From an uncultured Candidatus Rokubacteria bacterium (lineage in GTDB: Bacteria > Methylomirabilota > Methylomirabilia > Rokubacteriales > DASRDR01): 64,000 bases of DNA. Both the position numbers and the translations under genes were made by a program. Shown in pieces: positions 1 through 9,403 of the stretch. A model generated the notes under the pieces. That model had not been told where the DNA came from and did no database searches. It saw nothing but the letters and a program-made list of their open reading frames with translations. The stretch is from positions 1,920,001 to 1,984,000 of the forward strand of contig CAWDVE010000010.1 of the NCBI GenBank assembly GCA_963805625.1, in the 5' to 3' direction. Each line of letters starts with the position of its first letter. Position 1 is the stretch's first letter.

Positions 1-930
1 TGCGTCGACGCGGACGCGGCCGCGTTGCGCCACGCGACGACCGGATTGGGTGTGCCAGCCGAGCGCTGTCACGAGCGCCTCGAAGCTGCCCTGGATGCGT
101 CGCGCCCCGACGCGCTCATCGTCGCCACCCCACTGGACAGGCACGTGGACCCGTGCCGGACTGCCCTCGGGCGCGGCCTGCCCGTGCTGGTGGAGAAGCC
201 GTTCGCGACGAGCCTCCGCGAGGCCCGGCAGCTCCAGGCGCTTGCGGACCAGACGCGCGCCCCGCTCCTCGTGGGACAGAACTACCGGTACACGCGCATG
301 GTCCGAGCCGTCCGGCGGCTGGTGGACGAAGGCTCGCTCGGCCGGGTCGGCATGGTCTCCTGTCAGGCATACCGGGGCCAGCAGGACCCGACCGCGCCCT
401 CCGCGAGGACGGTTCGCGACGGCCTCCTCTGGGAAACCGCGGTCCACCATCTCGACGCCTTGCGCTACATGCTGGGCCAGGAGGTGGTCCGCGTCATGGC
501 CGAGAGCTTCTCCCTGCCCTGGAGCGCCTCGCCTCCGGGCGGCTCCGTCCAGATCCTGCTCGACTTCGACGGCGGCAGCCGGGCTTCGTACTGTGCCACC
601 TACGACACGGTGGGCAACGAGTTCTTCGAGCGCGGAAATCGCTTCTACCTGCGGATGCTCGGCGAGCACGGCACCCTGTCCGTGTGGCAGCGCTGGGCCT
701 TCCTCTGCCTGCGAGGCCGGGCGCCCCGGTTGGTCCCGCGCGGCCGCCGGAAGGTCTCGGAGGAGGTCACGCTCCTGCGTCAGCTGGAGCGGGCCGTGCG
801 ATCGGGGGAAGAGCCCGAGTGCAGCGGGCGCGACAACCTCAGGACCGTGGCGGTGCTCGAGGCCTGCGCCCGGTCGGCGGCCGAGGGGCGGTGGGTCGAT
901 CCGCGGGAGCTCCTCCGTGAGCCGATCTGA
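1..930 (+). CDS. Gfo/Idh/MocA family oxidoreductase (5' end outside window)
   Basis: DALIVATPLDRH and VLVEKPFA motifs, VGQNYRY, AVHHLDAL; frame open from the window start. Confidence 0.9.
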   Translation, partial: CVDADAAALRHATTGLGVPAERCHERLEAALDASRPDALIVATPLDRHVDPCRTALGRGLPVLVEKPFATSLREARQLQALADQTRAPLLVGQNYRYTRMVRAVRRLVDEGSLGRVGMVSCQAYRGQQDPTAPSARTVRDGLLWETAVHHLDALRYMLGQEVVRVMAESFSLPWSASPPGGSVQILLDFDGGSRASYCATYDTVGNEFFERGNRFYLRMLGEHGTLSVWQRWAFLCLRGRAPRLVPRGRRKVSEEVTLLRQLERAVRSGEEPECSGRDNLRTVAVLEACARSAAEGRWVDPRELLREPI

Positions 931-2407
931 CCGGCGCCCCGTGGTGGCCGTGGGGATCGACGCGGCCGAGCCGGCGCTGGTGCGGGCCCTGATGGCGCGG
1001 GGGGATCTCCCCTGCCTGCGGGCCCTCCTCGAGCGCGGCGCGTGGGGGCGCGTCACGTCGCCGGCCGACATCGGGAGCGGCGCCGTGTGGCCGACCTTCA
1101 TGACCGGCTCGGATCCCCTGCACCACGGCATCTGCTACGACTGGCCGTGGGATCCCGAGCGGATGCGCATCGCACACCTCACCACGAGCCACCTGACGCC
1201 CTTCTGGAAGACCCTCGCCCTGGAGGGGTATACGATCGGAGTCCTGGACGTCCCCTTCGCGCCCATCGCAGGCCTGCCGACAGGGATCGAGATCAGCGAG
1301 TGGGGCAGCCACGACTGGCTACTGGGGCGGCTGACGGTGTCCCCGGCGTCACGGACCGGCTGGGTAAGGACCCACGGTGGAGTCCATCCCTTCGCCACGA
1401 GCTCCGTCGACGACACCTCGGGGCCCGGCGACGCGCGGGGCCTCCGCCGGATGGCCGCCGCCTGCCTCGCTGGCGTCCAGGCTCGGGGCACGCTGGCGGT
1501 CCGGTTGCTCGCCGAGATGAAGCTCGACCTCCTGCTGGTGGTCTTCCCCGAGATCCACAAGAGCTCGCACGTTCTGTGGCACACCGTCGACCCGGCGCGC
1601 CCGGCCCACGAGGCCATGCCGCTCGACGGCGACAAGCTGGTGGAGATCTTCCGGGAGATGGACCGGCAGATCGGACGGCTCGCGGAGGCGGCAGGCTCCG
1701 AGGCCACGTTTCTCGTGTTCTCCCTCCACGGCATGCGCGCCCAACAAGGGGTGCCGACGATTCTCAACCCCTTGTTGAGCACGCTCGGCTTTGCGGCCGC
1801 CCGCAGCGGGCGAGCGCGGCCGTGGCCAGAGCGCGCCCGCCACGCGTTCGTCGCCGGAAAGCGCCTCGCCCCGGCAGCCGTCAAGCGGTTGTTTCATCAT
1901 CTGGCTCCCCGCTCGGTGACCCAGCGGGTGGACCACCAGAGCCTGCAGGTCGACTACGACTGGTCGCGGACTGTTGCCTTTCCCCTGCCGACCGACCAGC
2001 ACGGCTGGATCCGGCTCAACCTCGCTGGCCGTGAGAGTCAGGGGGCTCTCCAGCCCGAGCAGTACCCCGAGGTGTGCGCGCGTCTCGACCGGCTACTCAG
2101 AGGCCTGCGGACCGCGGACGGCCGACGCGTCGTCAGGGAGGTCCGCTGTATCGCCGGGGACGGGGACGGCCGCCCGCCCCGTACCCTCCCGGATCTCGTC
2201 GTTCACTGGGAAGATGCGGCCGAAGCCGCTCCCCTCCGCCTCGCGAGCCCCGCGGTACAGGCCTACCCCATCGGCACCAAGGTCTCGGGACACCACGCGC
2301 CCGTCGGCTTCTTCATCTGGCGCGGGCCGTTCGGGAGCCCCGCCGTGCCCGATGCTGTGGCGGCCGAAGATCTTCACCGGCTGCTCCACGGAGCCCTGAG
2401 AGGCTAG
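917..2407 (+). CDS. Alkaline phosphatase superfamily / type I phosphodiesterase-nucleotide pyrophosphatase
   Basis: VVAVGIDAA, SGAVWPTFMTG..P..HG, VFSLHGM, PDLVVHW, SGHH; GTG at 917 overlaps the upstream gene end. Confidence 0.8.
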   Translation: MSRSDRRPVVAVGIDAAEPALVRALMARGDLPCLRALLERGAWGRVTSPADIGSGAVWPTFMTGSDPLHHGICYDWPWDPERMRIAHLTTSHLTPFWKTLALEGYTIGVLDVPFAPIAGLPTGIEISEWGSHDWLLGRLTVSPASRTGWVRTHGGVHPFATSSVDDTSGPGDARGLRRMAAACLAGVQARGTLAVRLLAEMKLDLLLVVFPEIHKSSHVLWHTVDPARPAHEAMPLDGDKLVEIFREMDRQIGRLAEAAGSEATFLVFSLHGMRAQQGVPTILNPLLSTLGFAAARSGRARPWPERARHAFVAGKRLAPAAVKRLFHHLAPRSVTQRVDHQSLQVDYDWSRTVAFPLPTDQHGWIRLNLAGRESQGALQPEQYPEVCARLDRLLRGLRTADGRRVVREVRCIAGDGDGRPPRTLPDLVVHWEDAAEAAPLRLASPAVQAYPIGTKVSGHHAPVGFFIWRGPFGSPAVPDAVAAEDLHRLLHGALRG

Positions 2408-2415
2408 CCCACAGG

Positions 2416-3648
2416 GTGACCGACGCCCCCTCGCGCCGGCTTCGGGTTCTCGCCGTCATCGCCTCGTCGGACCTCGGGGGTGCCGAGCGTGCCTTCGCTT
2501 CAGTACTGAAGGGGCTCGATCCGGATCGCTTCCAGGTGTTTGTCGTCTGCCACGGCCAGGGGCCGATCACCGACGAGTACCGGCGGCATGCGGCGGGCCT
2601 GTGGGCGCTGCCGCTGACCAGCATCTTCGAGGCCCGGAGCGTGGCGGCCCTCGCCGGGCTGATGCGACGTCTGAAGTGCGAGATCGTGCACTCCTACCTC
2701 TGGACCTCCGACGTGCTCGTGGGGCTGGCAAGCACGCTGGCTCGGGTGCCGATCCGGCTCGCCACCGTTGGCGGCGAATACTTTCGCGCGGTCGACGACC
2801 GGGGGATTCGGCGGGCCAGGAAGGCGCTCCTCTCCCGCGGGTACCGCGTAGCCTACTGGCCCTTCGACCGGGTGATCGCCGTGTCCCGCCGCACGGCCGA
2901 GGACCTCACGAGTCGCACCGGGATCCGCGTCGACCCTCGGAAGGTGATCACCATTCTCAACGGCCTCGATCTCGATCGGGTCGGCCCGATGTCTGGAGTC
3001 TCGCGCGCCGACCTCGCGCTGGCCGGGACAGCCCCCGTGCTCGTGACCGTGGCCAACTTCGTGCCCATGAAAGGGCATCGGTGGCTGTTCGAGGCGATGC
3101 CCGGCATCCTGGCTCGGTTCCCCGACGCTACGCTGATCCTCGCGGGGAGCGGGCCCGGACTCGAGGCAGCCCGTGAGCGTGTCGCCGCCGCGGGCATGGC
3201 GCGGCGTGTCCGCATCCTGGGGCCTCGGGCCGATGGCGTGGATCTGCTCGGCCTGAGCGACGTGGTCGTGCTGCCGTCGGTCGCCGCCGAGGGGCTGCCG
3301 ATCGTGATCCTGGAGGCGCTCGCGCTCGGGAAGCCAGTCGTCGCAACGCGGGTCGGCGGTATTCCCGAGGTCATCCAGGACGGCAAGACCGGGCTGCTCG
3401 TCCTCCCGGGAGACCCACAGGCTCTGGCGGACGCGGTCTCGGCCCTGCTCGCGGACCCCGCGCGGGCCGCGGCGATGGCTGCGCGTGGGCGTGCGGCGGT
3501 GCGCGCTAGGTTCTCGGCCGACGCGATGGTGCGACAGATCGAGCGCCTCTATCTCGAGCTGGCGGCGGCCAAGGGCCTCATGGGCGGAGGCGCGGGAGCC
3601 CACAGGCCGCCACAGGCCGAAGGCCGTCCGAGGGATGCCGTCCGATGA
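2416..3648 (+). CDS. Glycosyltransferase family 4 (GT-B)
   Basis: GGAER, KGH and EGLPIVILEALALGKPVVATRVGGIPE motifs. Confidence 0.92.
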   Translation: MTDAPSRRLRVLAVIASSDLGGAERAFASVLKGLDPDRFQVFVVCHGQGPITDEYRRHAAGLWALPLTSIFEARSVAALAGLMRRLKCEIVHSYLWTSDVLVGLASTLARVPIRLATVGGEYFRAVDDRGIRRARKALLSRGYRVAYWPFDRVIAVSRRTAEDLTSRTGIRVDPRKVITILNGLDLDRVGPMSGVSRADLALAGTAPVLVTVANFVPMKGHRWLFEAMPGILARFPDATLILAGSGPGLEAARERVAAAGMARRVRILGPRADGVDLLGLSDVVVLPSVAAEGLPIVILEALALGKPVVATRVGGIPEVIQDGKTGLLVLPGDPQALADAVSALLADPARAAAMAARGRAAVRARFSADAMVRQIERLYLELAAAKGLMGGGAGAHRPPQAEGRPRDAVR

Positions 3649-3679
3649 ACGCCGGCGGAGACCGGGTAGCTCAGTGAGC

Positions 3680-4921
3680 ATGACGGACGCCGTGGACAGG
3701 CGTCACGACGTCATCTGCTTGTCGTCCATCGACTGGGACCTGCTTTGGCAGGGACACCACGAGATTGCGGTGACCCTCGCGGCGCGAGGGCACCGGGTCC
3801 TCTTCGTCGAGAACACCGGGGTGCGCCCTGCCGGGCTCCGGGACATACCCCGCCTCCGCCAGCGGATCCGCAACTGGCGGCGCGGCACCCGGGGGTTCCG
3901 CCGGGAGCGGGAGAACCTCTTCGTCTACTCGCCGTTGCTTCTGCCGTTCCCTTACTCGTCGATGGCCCGCCGGATCAACCGCGCGGTCATGCTCAGGACA
4001 CTGGGCGCGTGGATGGGACCGTCGGGCTCCGAACGCTCGATCGTCTGGACCTTCCTCCCCACGCCCCTGGTCCACGATCTGATCCACGGACTCCGGCCCG
4101 CCCTCACCGTCTACTACTGCGTCAACGACTTCGCGGCGAGCTCCCCGGCGGCTGTACGCATCATCCCCAGCGAAACCCGTCTCTTCGAGAAGGCGGACCT
4201 GGTGTTCGCCAGCTCGGAGACGCTCCGGGCCCGCGCCGCCCGGCTCGGCGACGACGTCCACCTGTTCCCGTTCGGAGTCGACTTCCGGATGTTCGAGGAG
4301 GCACGTCAGACGACGGCGGAGCTGCCGGAGGATCTCCAGCCGTTCCAGCGGCCGCTGGTAGGGTACCTCGGAGGCGTGCACCGGTGGGTGGATCAGGACC
4401 TTCTGGCGGCGGTCGCCGCGCGGATGCCCGAGGCGAGCTTCGTCCTCGTGGGCCCGGTCCAGGCCGAGGTCTCTCGGCTGGCCCGGAGTCCGAACGTGCA
4501 TTTCCTCGGCGCGCGGCCGCACGCGCAGGTACCGGGCTACATCAAGGGATTCGACGTGGGCCTGGTTCCCTACCGCCTGGCTCCGTACACGGCCGACGTC
4601 TATCCCGCCAAGCTGAACGAGTACCTGGCGATGGGAATCCCCGTGGTGGCCACCGACCTCCCCGCGATCCGGCGCTTCAATGCCGAGCACGGGCCGGTGG
4701 TGGCGGTGGGACACGACGCCGACGCCTTCGCGACAGCGATCCGAGAGGCCATGAACGAGCGCGCCCCGGCCACGATCGAGCGGCGGATCGAGGTGGCGCG
4801 GCAGAACCGCTGGGACGAGCGGATCGCCAGGATGCTGAGCCTCGTCGAGGAGCGACTCCGAGCGCGGGCGCGCGACACGGGCCGCCCCGCCCGAGTCGCA
4901 CAGGATCCCCGACCACCATGA
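3680..4921 (+). CDS. Glycosyltransferase (GT-B, TuaH-like)
   Basis: VICLSSIDW..LWQGHHEI, VYYCVNDF, FDVGLVPY, PAKLNEYLAMGIPVVAT. Confidence 0.88.
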   Translation: MTDAVDRRHDVICLSSIDWDLLWQGHHEIAVTLAARGHRVLFVENTGVRPAGLRDIPRLRQRIRNWRRGTRGFRRERENLFVYSPLLLPFPYSSMARRINRAVMLRTLGAWMGPSGSERSIVWTFLPTPLVHDLIHGLRPALTVYYCVNDFAASSPAAVRIIPSETRLFEKADLVFASSETLRARAARLGDDVHLFPFGVDFRMFEEARQTTAELPEDLQPFQRPLVGYLGGVHRWVDQDLLAAVAARMPEASFVLVGPVQAEVSRLARSPNVHFLGARPHAQVPGYIKGFDVGLVPYRLAPYTADVYPAKLNEYLAMGIPVVATDLPAIRRFNAEHGPVVAVGHDADAFATAIREAMNERAPATIERRIEVARQNRWDERIARMLSLVEERLRARARDTGRPARVAQDPRPP

Positions 4922-5112
4922 CGTCACGGTGACTCGGACGCTTCAAGCGGAATCGCTTCAGGGCGGCCCCCGGCGCCCGCCCAGGGCGGCGGTCACACCC
5001 CCGAACACCAGCGCGCGCCGACTCAGCACGCGCCGAGGCTATCCGCCCATCCGCGACAGGTCAAGCTTGCACATCGGGTGCACATCGGGCTGTGGACGTC
5101 ACCTTGAGGCGG

Positions 5113-5478
5113 CTAGCACGGCGAATCGATGCACGTGATGAGCTTCATGCGTCCGGCAACGAAATTGCCGACTTGCTTGGCTTGGTCGAACTTTGCCGCC
5201 ACGGCCATGACGACGGCGATGGCTGGCTGCTGGCCGCGACCGACGCAGGTGATCGCAACGTAGGCTCCGTCCTTCTCGCCGGCGACCTCCGCCCCGCTCT
5301 TGTGGGTGTTTCGAAAGCCTTGGTTGCGGGCGACGTCGCCCGCGAATCTGAGGCATGTAGCCTCCGACGCGGTCTTGACAGCGGTCTTCTCGAAGTACAG
5401 CGCGTCGGCACTCGCGCTCGAGGTGACACTCAGGGCGATCACCACGGCAGCGCAGGACACGGGGCATAGCTTGCGCAT
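5113..5478 (-). CDS. Small secreted Cys-containing hypothetical protein
   Basis: Signal peptide ending SASA-D, GGAGG RBS, four Cys in the predicted mature chain. Confidence 0.75.
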   Translation of the reverse strand: MRKLCPVSCAAVVIALSVTSSASADALYFEKTAVKTASEATCLRFAGDVARNQGFRNTHKSGAEVAGEKDGAYVAITCVGRGQQPAIAVVMAVAAKFDQAKQVGNFVAGRMKLITCIDSPC

Positions 5479-5573
5479 CGCGCACCTCCGTTAGACGAGA
5501 AGGAGTGAGACTACAGGGTGCCACCCTGCTCGGGCGGCGCGGCTCTGCTCGCTACGTCGTCCCCAACAGACTG

Positions 5574-6311
5574 CTACCGGAGCTTTCGGACGCGCACGCG
5601 CCGGAGGATCCGCCGGGCGCTGGGCGCGACTGGCGCGGCTCGACGCGACGCTGCCGGTGACCGCTTCTCGATCACGATCCGCGTCGCGCCCCGGATCCGG
5701 AACACCACGCCCTGCGCCGCGTGCACGGTCACCCGCGCGGGCTGGAACCCGTCCCGGCTGGCGTCGACGTATACGGGCGGCACGGTCCGCAGGTTTGTCC
5801 CCGGGGGAATCGGCGTGACCTGGATCTCCCCCTGCCCCGTCCCAGCCTGGCTGGCGACCGAGTAGGTGGTCGGCTCGATGAACGCCAGGGCGAACATGTC
5901 CCCGTCCGACAGGGCCCGGCTGTCGAACACCGCCCCGCCCCCTTCCTTCGCCTCCCCGACCACGACCGCATAGCCGCCCGCGCCGCGCGATGCGTGAAAG
6001 AGCACGTACCCCTGCGGAGACACCGCCGGGGCGCTCTCCGGATGCTCCCGGCAGGCGCACCGGGCCGGCGAGCCGATGGGAAGCGCCACCGAGGCCAGGT
6101 CGATGTTGAGCTGCGTGCCCGCCGTGTCGTCGGTGACCCGGAAGCACGTCGTGCCCACCCGCTCGCCGTCGCGGAGCACCACCGCCTGGTACGTTCCGGC
6201 GGCCGGGAAGCGGTGAATCACGTGCACGAGCAGACCGAGCGCTCCGCTGTCGAAGGACGAGGTCGTCAGCAGCCGATGATTGAGCCGGACGCTGCTCTTC
6301 ACGGTCGTCAC
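5574..6311 (-). CDS. Hypothetical protein with cupredoxin-like beta-sandwich motifs
   Basis: Two FDSxAL...F/P..TY repeats plus GFQPARVTV; start overlaps the upstream stop (GTGA). Confidence 0.7.
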   Translation of the reverse strand: MTTVKSSVRLNHRLLTTSSFDSGALGLLVHVIHRFPAAGTYQAVVLRDGERVGTTCFRVTDDTAGTQLNIDLASVALPIGSPARCACREHPESAPAVSPQGYVLFHASRGAGGYAVVVGEAKEGGGAVFDSRALSDGDMFALAFIEPTTYSVASQAGTGQGEIQVTPIPPGTNLRTVPPVYVDASRDGFQPARVTVHAAQGVVFRIRGATRIVIEKRSPAASRRAAPVAPSARRILRRVRVRKLR

Positions 6312-7246
6312 CCCACGCTTCCCTCGAGCACCAACTCGACGTCGTCGTTGGAGACGGTCAGATCGCGGATCGGGAGCTTCACCGGCACGAGATCGGGCAG
6401 CGGCGGCTGACCCGTCTTGTTGTTCGGATTGGGCGCCTTGTCCAGGATCGGATACGGGTCCTCCAGCTCGAACAGCGGATCATCGGTCACGAAGTGCTCG
6501 ATCAGAGCCTGCCCGATGATGTTCTCGAGACCGAGGCTGACGCCAAGGAGGTCGATGAGCCACTCCTGAACGTCGTCGCCGATGTCCAGGAGGCTGCGCA
6601 CCAGCTCCACGAGCGACCCCAGGATATCCGCGATCGGGCCCGGGATCCCGAGGGCCTCCACCGCGGCCTCGATGGCCTCGTCGAGCAGGTCGCCCACGGT
6701 GTCGGCGACGTCGATGATGTCGATGTCCACCGTCTTGGGATCGAGGAAGAGCTGCCAGGAGTTGGAGAGCTTCGGATCGGGAAGCTGGGCGTCCCACTGG
6801 TCCATGTTTGGGGGGCGGTCCGTGTTCACCTTGTACCGGGTGAGGAGCCGGCCGGTGATCGAGATCTCCGACGTGATCAGGCCGCCCAGCGGGAGCGTGA
6901 TCGAGATGTCCGGGTCGGCGCTGAACGCGCAGAGCGGAGGGATCTCCAGGATGCACCCGCCGAAAGGGTTCGGAATCAGGCAGAATCCCGGGATGCAGAA
7001 CTCCGGGATGTTGATGCCCAGGGTGAGGTTCAGCCGGTCCCACTTGAGGTCGAGCTCCTTCACCTGGACCGTGTTGTCGGCCCTCAGGTCGACACTCCCG
7101 CCTTCCAGGTGGACCTTGATGTCGTACCCGGCGGTGAACGGCCCGAGATCCACGGTGTCCGCCTTCTCGAAGACGAACTTCTCCACCACCTTGGCGAACA
7201 GCTTCTTGAAGGCCTGCTCCGAGGCGGCGACCCGCAGGTGCGGCAT
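6308..7246 (-). CDS. Uncharacterised protein (beta-rich, Cys/Pro hydrophobic loop)
   Basis: ATG at 7246 just after the upstream stop; protein-like MPHLRVAASEQAFKKLF...; GC3-biased frame. Confidence 0.8.
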   Translation of the reverse strand: MPHLRVAASEQAFKKLFAKVVEKFVFEKADTVDLGPFTAGYDIKVHLEGGSVDLRADNTVQVKELDLKWDRLNLTLGINIPEFCIPGFCLIPNPFGGCILEIPPLCAFSADPDISITLPLGGLITSEISITGRLLTRYKVNTDRPPNMDQWDAQLPDPKLSNSWQLFLDPKTVDIDIIDVADTVGDLLDEAIEAAVEALGIPGPIADILGSLVELVRSLLDIGDDVQEWLIDLLGVSLGLENIIGQALIEHFVTDDPLFELEDPYPILDKAPNPNNKTGQPPLPDLVPVKLPIRDLTVSNDDVELVLEGSVG

Positions 7247-7248
7247 GG

Positions 7249-8079
7249 CTAGCTCACCTCGAGATCGATGAAGGCCCGGACCTCGTCCTGCTCGATGGCG
7301 GGGTTGTTGGGCACCGCGGGCGACATCGCCACGGGCTTCGGCTGCACGGAGATCGTCACGTCGTCGGTGATGTCCAGCGCCATCTTCTCGAGCAGGATGC
7401 GCAGCTTCGGCAGGAAGCCCAGCCGGAGCGTCGCGTCGATGACGCACTCGATCCCGCTCTCGAGGTCCGCGGGCTGGATGTCGGAGATCTCGATCCGATC
7501 CACGAACGGCTCCAGGTAGAAGTGCTGGAAGTACTCCCGGAACCGCAGCCCGCCCACCGCGCAGGCGTCCAGGCAGACGCAGATGAGCTGCTGGTCGGGC
7601 GGCAGCACCACCTGGGGCGGCGGCGGGGGCGGCGGCTGGTTCGGGTCCGCGTCCGGGTCCGGCGGCGGCGGAATGAGATCGCTCACGACCTGGGCCGGCG
7701 GGCAGCCGATCCCCGCGCACACGCGGAGGCTGATCGCGAACCGCTGCACTCCCAGCGGGGACAGCTCGGGCGGCAGCGCCACCACGTTCGCGGGATGGAA
7801 GTCGATCTTGACGTCGACGAGCTGGACCGAGAAGTTCAGGGCGAAGTTGGTGCCCGGCAGCGCCAGGGGGTCGATGACCGTGACCAGCGGGTTGCTGTGC
7901 TGGTTCAGGCGCGGGTGCGCTGCGATGGGCTGCCGGCACAGCAAGGCCGGATTGTCCGCGATCGCCTGGGTCGCGTAGTTGAACATCGACGGCCGCTGGA
8001 ACCGGATGTGGTCGATGATCCGGTTGAAGCCATCCTCGTGGAAGGCCCCGAACACGTCGCAGTGGTCAGTGAACGCCAT
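7249..8079 (-). CDS. Uncharacterised protein with Pro-rich insertion
   Basis: 276-aa ORF with GGAGG RBS; MAFTDHCDVFGAFHEDGFNRII...; first gene of a tightly coupled operon. Confidence 0.82.
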   Translation of the reverse strand: MAFTDHCDVFGAFHEDGFNRIIDHIRFQRPSMFNYATQAIADNPALLCRQPIAAHPRLNQHSNPLVTVIDPLALPGTNFALNFSVQLVDVKIDFHPANVVALPPELSPLGVQRFAISLRVCAGIGCPPAQVVSDLIPPPPDPDADPNQPPPPPPPQVVLPPDQQLICVCLDACAVGGLRFREYFQHFYLEPFVDRIEISDIQPADLESGIECVIDATLRLGFLPKLRILLEKMALDITDDVTISVQPKPVAMSPAVPNNPAIEQDEVRAFIDLEVS

Positions 8080-8159
8080 TCACACGCCCTCCGCCGAACG
8101 CCGCCGCGCAGGAACCCGAGGTGTCGTCCGCATGTCACGTTCTCGGAGGTGCAGGGGAA

Positions 8160-8174
8160 GCGAGATTCGCGCCA
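8160..8174 (-). promoter_or_regulatory. Putative sigma54 (-24/-12) promoter
   Basis: Minus strand TGGCGCGAATCTCGC has GG and GC at the TGGCACGNNNNTTGC spacing, ~80 bp upstream of ATG 8079. Confidence 0.6.
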
Positions 8175-8358
8175 ACGGGGCGTGGCAGGCTCGAGAACGC
8201 CGGTTCTGGCTGCTTGGCCGGGCACTTGGGGCGTCGTGTCCCCGCCTCATTGCGAAGCGCGCCTCTCGGGGTGGGTGCACATCCAACAGTGCAATGCCCT
8301 TCCAGGCGGGGGCCTGAATCCACGCGGAACATCGGAGAATCGCCGGGTTCGAGGTCGC

Positions 8359-8397
8359 TGCACAGTAGACAGTGCACCCTGCACTGTGGACGGTGCA
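8359..8397. promoter_or_regulatory. Tandem TGCAC-N8-GTGCA boxes, putative enhancer (UAS)
   Basis: tgcacagtagacagtgca-ccc-tgcactgtggacggtgca, ~200 bp upstream of the sigma54-like site. Confidence 0.5.
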
Positions 8398-8628
8398 TCG
8401 AGGGCGCGCCAGAAGGGACGCGCGCTCCAGACCGCCCGGCAGGTAGATTGACGCACGACGTCACGACACGGCGGGACCGTGTTTCCACAGGGAGAGTCCC
8501 GAGGGCGTCTTTGCCGCCACGGACTCCCGGTCCTCGAACGCCTCCACTAGTGTATAGCGTCTGGTCCCCGAGGACATACTAGCCACTGCGGGTCAGCGGT
8601 GGCAGTGGCCGGATGGTACCGTACACGC

Positions 8629-9258
8629 ATGACCTCCGCTTCGGCGTTCCGGCCGCACCCCTGGCACGGGATCGACCCGGGTCCTCGGTTCCCCGAGCTC
8701 CTCGTCGCGTACATCGAGATCGTTCCCACCGACGGCGTGAAGTACGAGATCGACAAGCACTCCGGCTACCTCAAGGTCGACCGGCCGCAGCGCTTCTCCA
8801 GCTTCTGTCCCTCCCTCTATGGATTCGTTCCGCGGACGCTCTGCGGGCGCGGCGTGGCCAGCTATCCCCTCCCCGGCTCGCCGGCGGTGGATCGTGGGGA
8901 TCGTGATCCTCTCGACATCTGCGTGCTCACCGACCGGCCGATCTCGCGCGGTGAGATCCTCCTGGAGGCACGCCCGGTCGGCGGACTGCGCATGGTCGAG
9001 CGTGGCGAGGCGGACGACAAGATCATCGCCGTCCTCGCCGGCGATCCGACGTACGGAGACTTCACCGACGTGACCGAGCTGCCCTGGGCCGTGATCGATC
9101 GGCTGCGCCACTACTTCCTGACCTACAAGGCGATCCCCGGTGATACGGACGCACCGATCAGCGTCGATCCGGTCTACGGCGCGGAAGCGGCTCGCGGCAT
9201 CCTCGCCGCTGCGCAACGTGACTACGAAGACGAGTACCCGTCGCGGAAGACGCGGTAG
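8629..9258 (+). CDS. ppa: Inorganic pyrophosphatase (family I)
   Basis: HPWHG, KYEIDK, YGFVPRT, DRDPLDICVL, EADDKII motifs. Confidence 0.95.
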   Translation: MTSASAFRPHPWHGIDPGPRFPELLVAYIEIVPTDGVKYEIDKHSGYLKVDRPQRFSSFCPSLYGFVPRTLCGRGVASYPLPGSPAVDRGDRDPLDICVLTDRPISRGEILLEARPVGGLRMVERGEADDKIIAVLAGDPTYGDFTDVTELPWAVIDRLRHYFLTYKAIPGDTDAPISVDPVYGAEAARGILAAAQRDYEDEYPSRKTR

Positions 9259-9403
9259 CGACCGTTGGTGCTCCGGCTGAGGACGCGGGGGTGATCCGGA
9301 TCCGACCTCTCGCCGGCGGCTACCACGCCTGGACCGCCCGCGGCTTCCCTGTCGAAGCGCTCGGCGGCGAGGCCGGGCGTCCTCCCCGAGCGTCGGAGGC
9401 CCA

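Noticed and set aside
50-916. N-terminal part of the 785-aa ORF 50..2407
   Set aside because: Shadow frame over the oxidoreductase; protein-like sequence begins at GTG 917.
7612-7672. GGC-rich simple repeat
   Set aside because: Encodes the poly-Pro linker of the 7249..8079 protein.
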